A stretch of 64,000 nt of DNA from an uncultured Actinomycetes bacterium. Its GTDB lineage: Bacteria; Actinomycetota; UBA4738; JBBDTT01. The notes below the pieces were generated by a model. It ran no database searches. It was not told the DNA's origin and saw only the letters and a list, made by a program, of their open reading frames with translations. The DNA lies in NCBI GenBank assembly GCA_963742735.1, contig CAVUMN010000004.1, positions 832,001-896,000 on the forward strand, written 5' to 3'. This document shows, piece by piece, positions 18,683 through 27,006 of the stretch (positions within the stretch are counted from its first letter, which is position 1; each line of letters begins with the position of its first letter). The position numbers were made by a program, and so were the translations under genes.

Positions 18683-19825
18683 TCAGAGGTTCTTCGCGAT
18701 GATCAGGCGCTGGATCTGGTTCGTCCCGCCGCCGATCGGCCCGAGCAGCGAGTCCCGGACGAACCGCTGCATGTCGTACTCCCGCAGGTAGCCGTAGCCG
18801 CCCATCACCTGCATGCCGTCGATGCACACCTTTCGCGCGGTCTCGGTGGCGTAGACCTTCGCCTGGCTCGCCTGGACGTTGCAGTCCTGTCCCGTCTTCT
18901 TCAGCCAGGCGGCGTAGTAGGTGAGCAGGCGCGACGTCTGCACGCCGATCGTCATGTCGGCCAGGATCTGCATGATCATCTGGTACTCGATGATCGGCTT
19001 GCCGAACTGCTGACGCTCCTTCGCCCACGCGATCGCGTCGTCGGTCGCCCGGGCCATCATCGCCGTGTACTGGGCGGCGATCATGATGCGCTCCAGGTCG
19101 AGCTGCTTCATCAGCTGGAGCCAGCCCTGGTTGACCATCTCGGGCCCGCCCATGACCTGCTCCTTCGAGATGCGGACGTCGTCGAAGAACACCTCGAACA
19201 GCCCGATGATCTCGCTGCCGATCTTGCCGAGCTTCCGGTACCGGATCCCGGGCGTGTCCATGGGGAGCATGAAGATCGTCATGCCCGAGTAGTCGCCGCC
19301 GGGGGAGGTGTTGGTCGCCAGCATCATGTGCGTGGCGCAGTCGACGCCCGAGATCATCGTCTTCTGGCCGTTGATGACGAAGTCGTCGCCGTCCGCGACC
19401 GCGCGGGTCTCGATGTGCACCGCGTCGGACCCGGCGTTCGGCTCGGTCAGGCCGAAGCAGCCTCGGAGCTCGCCGGCCGCGATCTGCGGAAGCCACGTGC
19501 GCTTCTGCTCCTCGGAGCCGTTGAAGTTGATCATCTCGCCGGCGAAGAACACCGGCAGGATGAACAGGCTCGCCACCGCGGCGCTCCCGTAGCAGACCTC
19601 CTCCATGGCGATGACGAAGTCGAAGACATCGCCGCCGGTGCCGCCGTACTCGGCGGCGAACGGGAGGCCGAACAGGCCGGTCTCGCGGACCTTCGGGATC
19701 AGCTCGTACGGGTAGCGGCCCTCGTCGTCGAGCTGGCGGTCGAGCTCGGGCGGGCACTCCCGCTTGATGAAGTCGCGAAGCATCTCGCGGAAGGCTTCCT
19801 GCTCGGTGGTGAGTGCGAAGTCCAT
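18683..19825 (-). CDS. Acyl-CoA dehydrogenase
   Basis: MDFALTTEQ, LTEPNAGSD, NGQK, DLERI, RQQFGKPI, QVMGGYGY, IGGGTNQIQ. Confidence 0.95.
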   Translation of the reverse strand: MDFALTTEQEAFREMLRDFIKRECPPELDRQLDDEGRYPYELIPKVRETGLFGLPFAAEYGGTGGDVFDFVIAMEEVCYGSAAVASLFILPVFFAGEMINFNGSEEQKRTWLPQIAAGELRGCFGLTEPNAGSDAVHIETRAVADGDDFVINGQKTMISGVDCATHMMLATNTSPGGDYSGMTIFMLPMDTPGIRYRKLGKIGSEIIGLFEVFFDDVRISKEQVMGGPEMVNQGWLQLMKQLDLERIMIAAQYTAMMARATDDAIAWAKERQQFGKPIIEYQMIMQILADMTIGVQTSRLLTYYAAWLKKTGQDCNVQASQAKVYATETARKVCIDGMQVMGGYGYLREYDMQRFVRDSLLGPIGGGTNQIQRLIIAKNL

Positions 19826-19832
19826 GACCCGA

Positions 19833-20327
19833 TCATCCTCCCCCGGAGGGCCGGAACTTCGGAAGTCGGAAGGCGCTGCCGAACGCGTCCCGGTCGGGCT
19901 CGTCGAACCAGACCTCGACCGGCATGCCAATCGTGACCTCGTCCGGCGGGACGTCGGTGACGTTCGTGGTGAGGATGGGGCCCTCGTCGAGCTCCACGTC
20001 GGCCAGGACGTAGGGGACCTGCGCGGCGAACGCCGGGTGCAGCGCCTTGTGGACCACGGTGTAGCTGAAGACCGTGCCCTTCCCGCTCGCGGGGATCCAC
20101 TCGAGGTCCTGCGAGAGGCACACGCGGCAGCACGGGCCGCCGGGGAGCTGGACGTGGCCGTTCCCGCATTGCTGGACGCGGAGCTCCTCGTTCGCCGTGC
20201 CCTCCCAGAATCCGCGGGTCTCGGGGATGACCACGGGCTTGGCCGCGGTGACCAGCTCGGCGACGGGGCCGGCCATGGCCGCGATGTCGGGCGCCGCGGC
20301 GCGTCCGCTCCTCGGCTGATCGGTCAC
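19833..20327 (-). CDS. Zn-ribbon/OB-fold DUF35 protein
   Basis: FWEG..QQCGNGH..CRVC..SGKGTVFSYTVVH..PYVLADVELDEG. GTGA overlap start. Confidence 0.9.
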   Translation of the reverse strand: MTDQPRSGRAAAPDIAAMAGPVAELVTAAKPVVIPETRGFWEGTANEELRVQQCGNGHVQLPGGPCCRVCLSQDLEWIPASGKGTVFSYTVVHKALHPAFAAQVPYVLADVELDEGPILTTNVTDVPPDEVTIGMPVEVWFDEPDRDAFGSAFRLPKFRPSGGG

Positions 20328-21478
20328 CGCGGCTCCTTCGCCAGGATCAGGGTGGCATGCGCCGCCTGGAACCCGCCGTGACCGGAGATCGCGCAGATCT
20401 CGGCGCCGGGCACCTGCCGCGCATCGGCCTCCCCGCGGATCTGGCGCACGCCCTCGGCGATGTGGTTCCAGCCGGTGATGTCGGCCTCGGAGAGCATGCC
20501 GCCCGCGGTGTTGGTCGGGAGCGAGCCGTCGAGCGCCAGGTTGCCCTCCAGGGCGAACGGGCCGGCCTCGCCCTTCTTGGCGAACCCGTAGTCCTCGAGG
20601 GTGATCAGCACAGTCGACGTGAAGCAGTCGTACAGCTGGGCGACGTCCACGTCCTCCGGGCCGATGCCGGCCATGTCGTACGCGCGCTGCGACGACCGTG
20701 CGCCGGCGAAGTGGGTGTAGTGGGTGGGGTCCTTGAACGCGTCGAGGTTGTGCCCCTGGCCCATGCCGGCGATGTACGCGGGCGGCTTGGCCAGGTCCTT
20801 CGCGCGGTCGGCGCTGGTGACCACGATCGCCACCGCGCCGTCCGAGGTGATCGCGCAGTCGTAGCGGCGGAACGGCTCGGAGACGAACGGCGCGGCCAGG
20901 TACTCCTCCATGGTCAGCGGCTCGCGGTACTGGGCGTTGAGGTTCCTGAGGGCGTGCTCGCGGAAGGCGATCGCCACCGCGCCGAGCATCTCGTGGGTGG
21001 CCCCGAACTCGTGCAGGTAGCGCATGGCGCTGCGGGCCTCCATGACGGCGCCGCCGGCCATGCCGAAGGCGATGTCGTCTGCCTGGCCTCGGCCCATCTG
21101 GGGAAGCCCGAACAGCATCGGCAGGCCGGTCTTCGCGTTGTCGCCGAAGACGCAGACCGCGACCTCGCACAGGCCGACCTCGATGGCCATGGCGGCCTCC
21201 TGGACGAGGGCCGCCGCCGTGGCGCCACCGATCGACTTGGTCGAGAGGTAGTTGGTCTGCAGGCCGAGCATGCGGCCGAGGATGTGGCCGTGGAGCAGCA
21301 GCGGCTCCGCGAACTGGGGCTCGGTGAGCAGGCCGTCGACGTCGTCGATGCTCAGGCCGGCGTCCTCGAGGGCGAGGCGGACGGCTTCGGTCTGAAGGGT
21401 CCACGCGGTGGAGCCCGGAACCTTGCCGAAGGCGGTGTTGCCCACGCCGGCGATGGCGGTGCGAAATGCGATCCCCAT
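20324..21478 (-). CDS. Thiolase-like protein (SCP-x/Ltp2 type) lacking the nucleophilic Cys
   Basis: AIAGVG, SIGGA at the Cys position, DCAITSDGA, YDCF, NTAGGMLSE, QIRGEA. Confidence 0.9.
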   Translation of the reverse strand: MGIAFRTAIAGVGNTAFGKVPGSTAWTLQTEAVRLALEDAGLSIDDVDGLLTEPQFAEPLLLHGHILGRMLGLQTNYLSTKSIGGATAAALVQEAAMAIEVGLCEVAVCVFGDNAKTGLPMLFGLPQMGRGQADDIAFGMAGGAVMEARSAMRYLHEFGATHEMLGAVAIAFREHALRNLNAQYREPLTMEEYLAAPFVSEPFRRYDCAITSDGAVAIVVTSADRAKDLAKPPAYIAGMGQGHNLDAFKDPTHYTHFAGARSSQRAYDMAGIGPEDVDVAQLYDCFTSTVLITLEDYGFAKKGEAGPFALEGNLALDGSLPTNTAGGMLSEADITGWNHIAEGVRQIRGEADARQVPGAEICAISGHGGFQAAHATLILAKEPR

Positions 21479-21519
21479 TGCGCGCGGAGTCTCTCACTCC
21501 GCGCCGGGGATTCGAGCGG

Positions 21520-22101
21520 CTACTTCACGACGCGGTAGCGGAGGTGGGTGGCCAATGGGGTGTCGATCACCTCGAGGGGCTCCAGCTGCAGCTGGCCGTC
21601 ACCGAGGTTCTCGAACATGCGGGTGCCACCGCCGAACAGGACCGGCACCAGATGGATCTGGATCTCGTCGAGGAGCCCGGCGGCGATGAACTGCTGACCG
21701 AGGGTGGCGCCGCCCATGACGCTGACGGACTTGTCTCCGGCGACGGCCTGGGCCTGCTCGAGAGCGGACTCGATCCCGTCGGTCACGAACGTGTAGACGC
21801 CGCCCTCCGGGCTCGTGGCGGGCGCCTCGTGGGTGACGACGAACAGCGGCGTCCTGACGGGACCGGTGGGTCCGTCGGCGCCCCACCACGGCAGCGAGTG
21901 GTCGTACGTGGTCCGTCCGCAGATAACCGCCCCTCCGCCGGCGACGAGCCCCTGGATGTAGGCGCGGCTTGCCTCGTCCTCGTTGAACGCCCACTCGTGC
22001 AGCCGCTCCCCACCCTCGCCCAGCGGCTCCTCCGCGGTCTGGTTCGCCGCCGTCATGAACCCGTCCAGCGACATGCTCGTATCGAAGACGACCCTGCCCA
22101 T
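21520..22101 (-). CDS. Dihydrofolate reductase/RibD C-terminal domain family protein
   Basis: SMSLDGF, GRTTYD, VMGGATL, LDEIQIHLVPVLFGGG. SD GGAGG precedes ATG 22101. Confidence 0.9.
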   Translation of the reverse strand: MGRVVFDTSMSLDGFMTAANQTAEEPLGEGGERLHEWAFNEDEASRAYIQGLVAGGGAVICGRTTYDHSLPWWGADGPTGPVRTPLFVVTHEAPATSPEGGVYTFVTDGIESALEQAQAVAGDKSVSVMGGATLGQQFIAAGLLDEIQIHLVPVLFGGGTRMFENLGDGQLQLEPLEVIDTPLATHLRYRVVK

Positions 22102-22151
22102 CGCCACCTCCCGTATCTACTGAGGCGATCATCGTGCGCCAGACTCCACGC

Positions 22152-22910
22152 ATGCGTCTGGGGCTCGTCGTCCGCACGTCCGGTCCCGATGCGGCGCGCT
22201 CGGTGAGCACCGTCCCCGGCATGGCCGAAGACCTCGGGTTCGACTCGGTGTGGGTCTCCGACCATCTGGTGGTGCCGCCGGAGTTCGCCGAGCGGTACGG
22301 CGGCGATTGGCTGGAGGCGGTGACCGTCGTCACCGCGATCGCTGCGTCGAACGAGCGGATCGACGTCGGGTTCAGCGCCCTGGTGCTTCCCTACCGGGCT
22401 GCCGCGCTGGTCGCACGGCAACTGGCCACGCTGTGGGAGCTCTCGGGAGGACGGTTGACCGCCGCGGTGGCGACGGGGTTCCTGCCGGAGGAGTTCGAGG
22501 CACTCGGAGTCGCCTTCGACGAACGGATTGCGCGAACCGACGTGGCCATCGAGGCCATCCGCGAGGCGTGTCCCGACGCACCTCTGCTGGCGGCCGGGAA
22601 CGGGCCGGCCATCCTTCGTCGCGCCGTGAATGTCTGCGACGGGTGGCACCCGATCGCCCGCTCCCCGGCCGAGATCGCGGCAGCCATCAAGGACGCTCCA
22701 CCGAAACGGGTGGTCCTGCGCGCCCGGTTCTCCCTGGAGGATGCGGAGGCTGAGCGGCCGCTGTACGGCACGGCCGACAAGGTCCGCGACGACCTGCGCG
22801 CCTACGAGGAGGCGGGGGTGGACGAGGTCGTGCTCGACTACGCGACGCGAGACGCGGACGAGGTCGACGCGCAGATCAAGCGGTTCGCCGAGGAGGTGCT
22901 GGACACATGA
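22152..22910 (+). CDS. LLM-class (probably F420-dependent) oxidoreductase, compact form
   Basis: AEDLGFDSVWVSDHLVVP, LVLPYR, LSGGRL, EEFEALGV, DGWHP. Confidence 0.88.
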   Translation: MRLGLVVRTSGPDAARSVSTVPGMAEDLGFDSVWVSDHLVVPPEFAERYGGDWLEAVTVVTAIAASNERIDVGFSALVLPYRAAALVARQLATLWELSGGRLTAAVATGFLPEEFEALGVAFDERIARTDVAIEAIREACPDAPLLAAGNGPAILRRAVNVCDGWHPIARSPAEIAAAIKDAPPKRVVLRARFSLEDAEAERPLYGTADKVRDDLRAYEEAGVDEVVLDYATRDADEVDAQIKRFAEEVLDT

Positions 22911-23554
22911 ACCAGCGGGAGATCGAGACGCCGACGGCCGACCTGATCGAGGAGGCCATCGACGCGGGCGACGCGGCCCGGGCGAAAGCGTTGCTCCGGT
23001 CGATGGTGGGGGACTGGGAGCGGAACAAGGACTACTCGATCAACTGGATCACCAGCCTGCTGTCGTTCATCGGCCGGCGGATGGGCGAGCCGGCCGTCGA
23101 GGAGGCCCTCCGCGACTTCGGCGATCGCTACCTGAAGGAGCGGCGCGAGGGTCTGGACGACCTCCCCAAGCGGAAGGTCATGGAGGGCCTGGTCCGGGCG
23201 ATGAAGGCGAACGGCGCCGACGTCGAGCTCAGCGAGCATGACGACCAGTGGGAGGTCAGCTTCCGGTGCGGCAGCGGAGGCAAGCTCATCGACGAGGGCG
23301 CCTACGGCCCGCCCAGGGACTATCTGACACTCCGTCAGACCGGCCCCGCGACCTTCGGCCGGGGCGAGCTCCCCGTGTACTGCGCCCACTGCTCGGTGAA
23401 CAACGAGATGCAGCCCATCGAGTGGTCCGGCGCGCCACTGACGGTCCAGGAGCCGCCCACGCAGCCCGGCGAACGCTGCGTCCACCACGTCTTCAAGGAC
23501 GGCGTCCCGACCCCCGGGGAGTGGTACCGAAGGGTCGGAAAGGAGCCGAGTTAG
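22907..23554 (+). CDS. Conserved-looking hypothetical protein with a 4-Cys motif (CGSGG, YCAHC, C)
   Basis: Typical GC-rich codon usage, ATGA overlap with the LLM gene. No family recognised with certainty; a V4R-like fold is suspected. Confidence 0.75.
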   Translation: MNQREIETPTADLIEEAIDAGDAARAKALLRSMVGDWERNKDYSINWITSLLSFIGRRMGEPAVEEALRDFGDRYLKERREGLDDLPKRKVMEGLVRAMKANGADVELSEHDDQWEVSFRCGSGGKLIDEGAYGPPRDYLTLRQTGPATFGRGELPVYCAHCSVNNEMQPIEWSGAPLTVQEPPTQPGERCVHHVFKDGVPTPGEWYRRVGKEPS

Positions 23555-23928
23555 TTTCCAGGTTGTCGTTTGTCGATCACGAACCAGTAGAGCCGTCGGA
23601 GGTCTCGTATCCCGCCCAGGTTTGTTGGGGTGTACGACTTCGAATTGATACGGGCTCCCTGCAGGATGCCTCCTCCAAAGAACGCGACTCCGCGCGCGAT
23701 CTGAACCTCATTGATGTCGAGCTTCGCGAGCATTTCTGTGATCAGGTCGCGCTCCCGGAAGCCCCTCTTCATCACATAAACGTGGCTGTCAGTGGCGACG
23801 ATGACTCTCCGGCTATTGAATGGGTTTGCGAATACCTCGCTCGACAGGACGGCCTCACGAACCCGTTCTCCTGGTTCCATCCAGGCGTTCATCAACTCCC
23901 GAACCCGTTGCCGATCGACGCGGAGCAC
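23551..23928 (-). CDS. Hypothetical protein (atypical, lower-GC)
   Basis: The 125-aa ORF fills the gap between two genes; the DNA is visibly more AT-rich than its flanks. Confidence 0.5.
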   Translation of the reverse strand: MLRVDRQRVRELMNAWMEPGERVREAVLSSEVFANPFNSRRVIVATDSHVYVMKRGFRERDLITEMLAKLDINEVQIARGVAFFGGGILQGARINSKSYTPTNLGGIRDLRRLYWFVIDKRQPGN

Positions 23929-23941
23929 GCGCTTCCTCGCG

Positions 23942-25117
23942 TCAGTCCAGGCGTTCGATGATCGTGGCGTTGCCCTCGCCGCCGCCTTCGCACATCGTCT
24001 GGAAGCCGTAGCGGCCGCCGGTTCGCTCGAGCTCGTGGAGGAGGGTCGTCATGATCCGCGCGCCCGTCGCGCCGACGGGGTGCCCGAGCGAGATGCCGCT
24101 GCCGTTCACGTTGACCCTCTCCATGTCGGGCTCGAACTCGCGAGCCCACATCGGCACGATCGAGCCCATCGCCTCGTTGCACTCCAGGACGTCGAAGTCG
24201 TCCATCGTCATGCCGCTTCGCTTCAGGATCTTCTTGGTCGCGGGGATCGGACCCTTCAGCATCACCACCGGATCGGTCCCCACCACCGCGAAGGCGTGGA
24301 ACCGCGCCCGCGGCTTGAGCCCCAGCCGGTCGCACGCCTCCGGCGAGGCAATCAGCAGCGCGGCCGCGCCGTCGCTGTAGGGCGAGGAGTTGCCGGCGGT
24401 GATGTCCGGGCAGTCCGGGCGCACCGGCGGGAGCGACGCGAGGACCTCCATCGAGGTCCCGGGACGGATGCACTCGTCGGTCGTCATCTCCTCGACCGAG
24501 CCGTCCTCGCGCGCGACCTTGATCGGGACGATCTCGCGGTCGAACCGGCCCTCCTTGGTCGCCTCGGCCGCGCGCCTGTGAGACTCGACCGCGAGCTGAT
24601 CCATCTCCTCGCGGCTGATGCCCCACTGCGTGGCGATGTCCTGGGCGGCCTGGAACTGCGTGTAGAGGTTCTGCGGGCCACCCACCGCGTCCATCCAGTT
24701 CTGGCTGAACGGGAAGCCCGGGCCCGTGCCGTTCGCGCCGAGGGGCACCCGCGACATGGCCTCGACCCCGCAGGCGATCGCGACGTCGTAGTGGCCGGCC
24801 TGCACGCCCGCCGCCGCGAAGTGCGCGGCCTGCTGCGCCGAGCCGCACTGCCGGTCCACGGTCGTCGCGGGGACGTCGAACGGGAGCCCGGCGGCGATCC
24901 ACGCGTTACGGGTGACGTTGACTCCCTGCTCGCCGGTCTGGGTCACGCAGCCGCCGATGACGTCGTCGACCTCGAGCGGGTCGATGCCGGCGCGGTCGAT
25001 CAACCCGCGCAGGACCAGGCCGAGCAGGTCGATCGGGTGGAAGCCGGACAGCGTCCCGTTCTTCTTGCCGATCGGTGACCGTGCCGCTCCGACGATGTAC
25101 GCCTCGCCCGCCGTCAT
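23942..25117 (-). CDS. 3-ketoacyl-CoA thiolase (FadA5/FadA6-like)
   Basis: TTVDRQCGSAQQA, NEAM, GHPVGATG, MCEGGG. Confidence 0.95.
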   Translation of the reverse strand: MTAGEAYIVGAARSPIGKKNGTLSGFHPIDLLGLVLRGLIDRAGIDPLEVDDVIGGCVTQTGEQGVNVTRNAWIAAGLPFDVPATTVDRQCGSAQQAAHFAAAGVQAGHYDVAIACGVEAMSRVPLGANGTGPGFPFSQNWMDAVGGPQNLYTQFQAAQDIATQWGISREEMDQLAVESHRRAAEATKEGRFDREIVPIKVAREDGSVEEMTTDECIRPGTSMEVLASLPPVRPDCPDITAGNSSPYSDGAAALLIASPEACDRLGLKPRARFHAFAVVGTDPVVMLKGPIPATKKILKRSGMTMDDFDVLECNEAMGSIVPMWAREFEPDMERVNVNGSGISLGHPVGATGARIMTTLLHELERTGGRYGFQTMCEGGGEGNATIIERLD

Positions 25118-27006
25118 GACGCCGCCTCCTCGGACCCGTTCGGCGAGGCCTCGGGCGCCTCACGGGCCTTGCGCATCTTGCGACGCAGGGCCGACGTCCT
25201 CCGCGTGTCGACCTCGAGCGAGTAGTCGTCGAGCTCGCCGGTGAGGATCACGCCGTACTCGCGCTCCGCGGCCTCGCGGCTCACGTACTCGTCGAGGACG
25301 TCGTCGCGGACGGCCTTCGGGTCACGCTCCAGCGCGTCGCCCCATCCGCCGCCGCCGGCGAAGTGGTACTCGATGCGGCCCGGCGGATCGAGCGGCTCGT
25401 ACAGCGCGGTGTGCTCGATGATCCGCTCCTGCGGCGTGCCCGCGCCCAGGGTCAGCTTGTTGGGCGATCCGTCCTGTCCGCCGGCCACCCCGCGCGCCGA
25501 GTACTTCATGCCCAGGACGAACGTGTAGACGGTCTGGGGGAAGGTCGCCTCCTTCACGTAGAACGACCCGCACTGGCCGCGCCACTTGCCCGGCCCGCCG
25601 GTGTCGGTCTCCAGGTCGTGCGAACGCTGGCGGTTGGGGAAGATCGCCTCGTTGATCTCCGCGGTGGCCATGATCAGGTTGCCGAAGCCGGCGTTCGTGC
25701 ACCCCCACCCGTCGGTCCCGTACCCCGCGTTCGAGGTCGTGGACGTCACATCGACCGAGTGGTCGATGAAGATCACGTCCATCAGTGCGGTGCCGGGAGG
25801 CGCGGTGGCCATCTTCTTGGGGTCCACGCCGAACAGGACCGTCGGCATCGCCGCCTTGTACACCTGCGGGACGGCCTTCTCGGGGATGGCCTGGGACAGG
25901 GCCATCGAGACGGCCTCGGAGATCTCGCAGCCCGGGTGGTGAGTCCCCATCGACACGGGCTTGCCGTGGGCCGGGTTCACGATCGTGTTCTCCGGATAGA
26001 CGATCTCGACCGGGCGGAACAGGCCCTCGTTCTTCGGGACGTCGCTGGGGATCATCGAGCAGAGCTGGGCCATGGTCATCGACCGAGTGTTGCCGCGCGT
26101 GGACCACGCCTGCAGGAACTCCCGGTCGTCCGAGCCGGTGTAGTCGATGACGAGCGAGTCGTCCTTCACCGTGACCTTCACGTGGATCTTCACGTCCTTG
26201 TTGCCCTTGACGTCGTGGTCGAAGAACGAGTCGGCCTCGTACTCGCCGTCGGGCCACGAGCGGATCTCGTCGCGGAACCGGCGCTCGGTCAGGTTGATGG
26301 TGTGCTCCACCGCCGAGCGCACCGTGTCGGCTCCGTACTTCTTCACCAGCTCCTTGATGCGCCGCGCCCCGAGCTGGGCCGCGCCGACCTGCGCCCGCAG
26401 GTCGCCCTCGTACGTCGGCGTCCGGTTGTTCGTCTTCAGCAGGTAGAAGACGTCCTCGCGGGGGACGCCGGCGTCGACGAGCTTCAGGGCGGGACAGCGG
26501 AACCCCTCGGCCCAGATGTCCATCGCGTCGGCCGGGTAGCCGCCGGGGGTCTGGCCGCCGACGTCGGCATGGTGGCACTGGATCGACGCGAACAGGACCA
26601 GGTCGCCCTTCACGAACACCGGCGCGAAGATCGACCAGTCCGGGAGGTGCCCGCCGCCGTGGTACGGGTCGTTGCACGCCACGACGTCGCCGTCCTTGAA
26701 CCCCTCGCGCCCGAAGAAGTCGAGGGCGAACCGCACCGGGCCCATCGAGCTGAGCATGAACTGGGGGATGCCGACGTCGAGCGCGGCCAGCCGGCCGTAC
26801 TCGTCGAGGATCGTCGCGTTGCGTTCGTTCGACTGGTTGAGGATCGGCGTGGTCGCGGTGAGCGAGACGTGGGTCGCCATCTCGAACGCGATGGTCTCCA
26901 GCGCTCCGCGGATGACCTCGGCGGTCACCGGGTCGATCGGCTTGACCTTGGGCCGGACCTTCGCCGGCAGGACGTCCCAGTCGCCTTCCACGATCCCGGT
27001 GCTCAC
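25114..27006 (-). CDS. Hydantoinase B/oxoprolinase family subunit (as sequenced, in frame with the A subunit)
   Basis: IDPVTAEVIR, NDPYHGGGHLPD, CHHADVGG, GGPGKWRG, GGGGWGD..ERDP..V..DV. Has its own SD GGAGG 6 nt before GTG 27006. Confidence 0.85.
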   Translation of the reverse strand: MSTGIVEGDWDVLPAKVRPKVKPIDPVTAEVIRGALETIAFEMATHVSLTATTPILNQSNERNATILDEYGRLAALDVGIPQFMLSSMGPVRFALDFFGREGFKDGDVVACNDPYHGGGHLPDWSIFAPVFVKGDLVLFASIQCHHADVGGQTPGGYPADAMDIWAEGFRCPALKLVDAGVPREDVFYLLKTNNRTPTYEGDLRAQVGAAQLGARRIKELVKKYGADTVRSAVEHTINLTERRFRDEIRSWPDGEYEADSFFDHDVKGNKDVKIHVKVTVKDDSLVIDYTGSDDREFLQAWSTRGNTRSMTMAQLCSMIPSDVPKNEGLFRPVEIVYPENTIVNPAHGKPVSMGTHHPGCEISEAVSMALSQAIPEKAVPQVYKAAMPTVLFGVDPKKMATAPPGTALMDVIFIDHSVDVTSTTSNAGYGTDGWGCTNAGFGNLIMATAEINEAIFPNRQRSHDLETDTGGPGKWRGQCGSFYVKEATFPQTVYTFVLGMKYSARGVAGGQDGSPNKLTLGAGTPQERIIEHTALYEPLDPPGRIEYHFAGGGGWGDALERDPKAVRDDVLDEYVSREAAEREYGVILTGELDDYSLEVDTRRTSALRRKMRKAREAPEASPNGSEEAAS

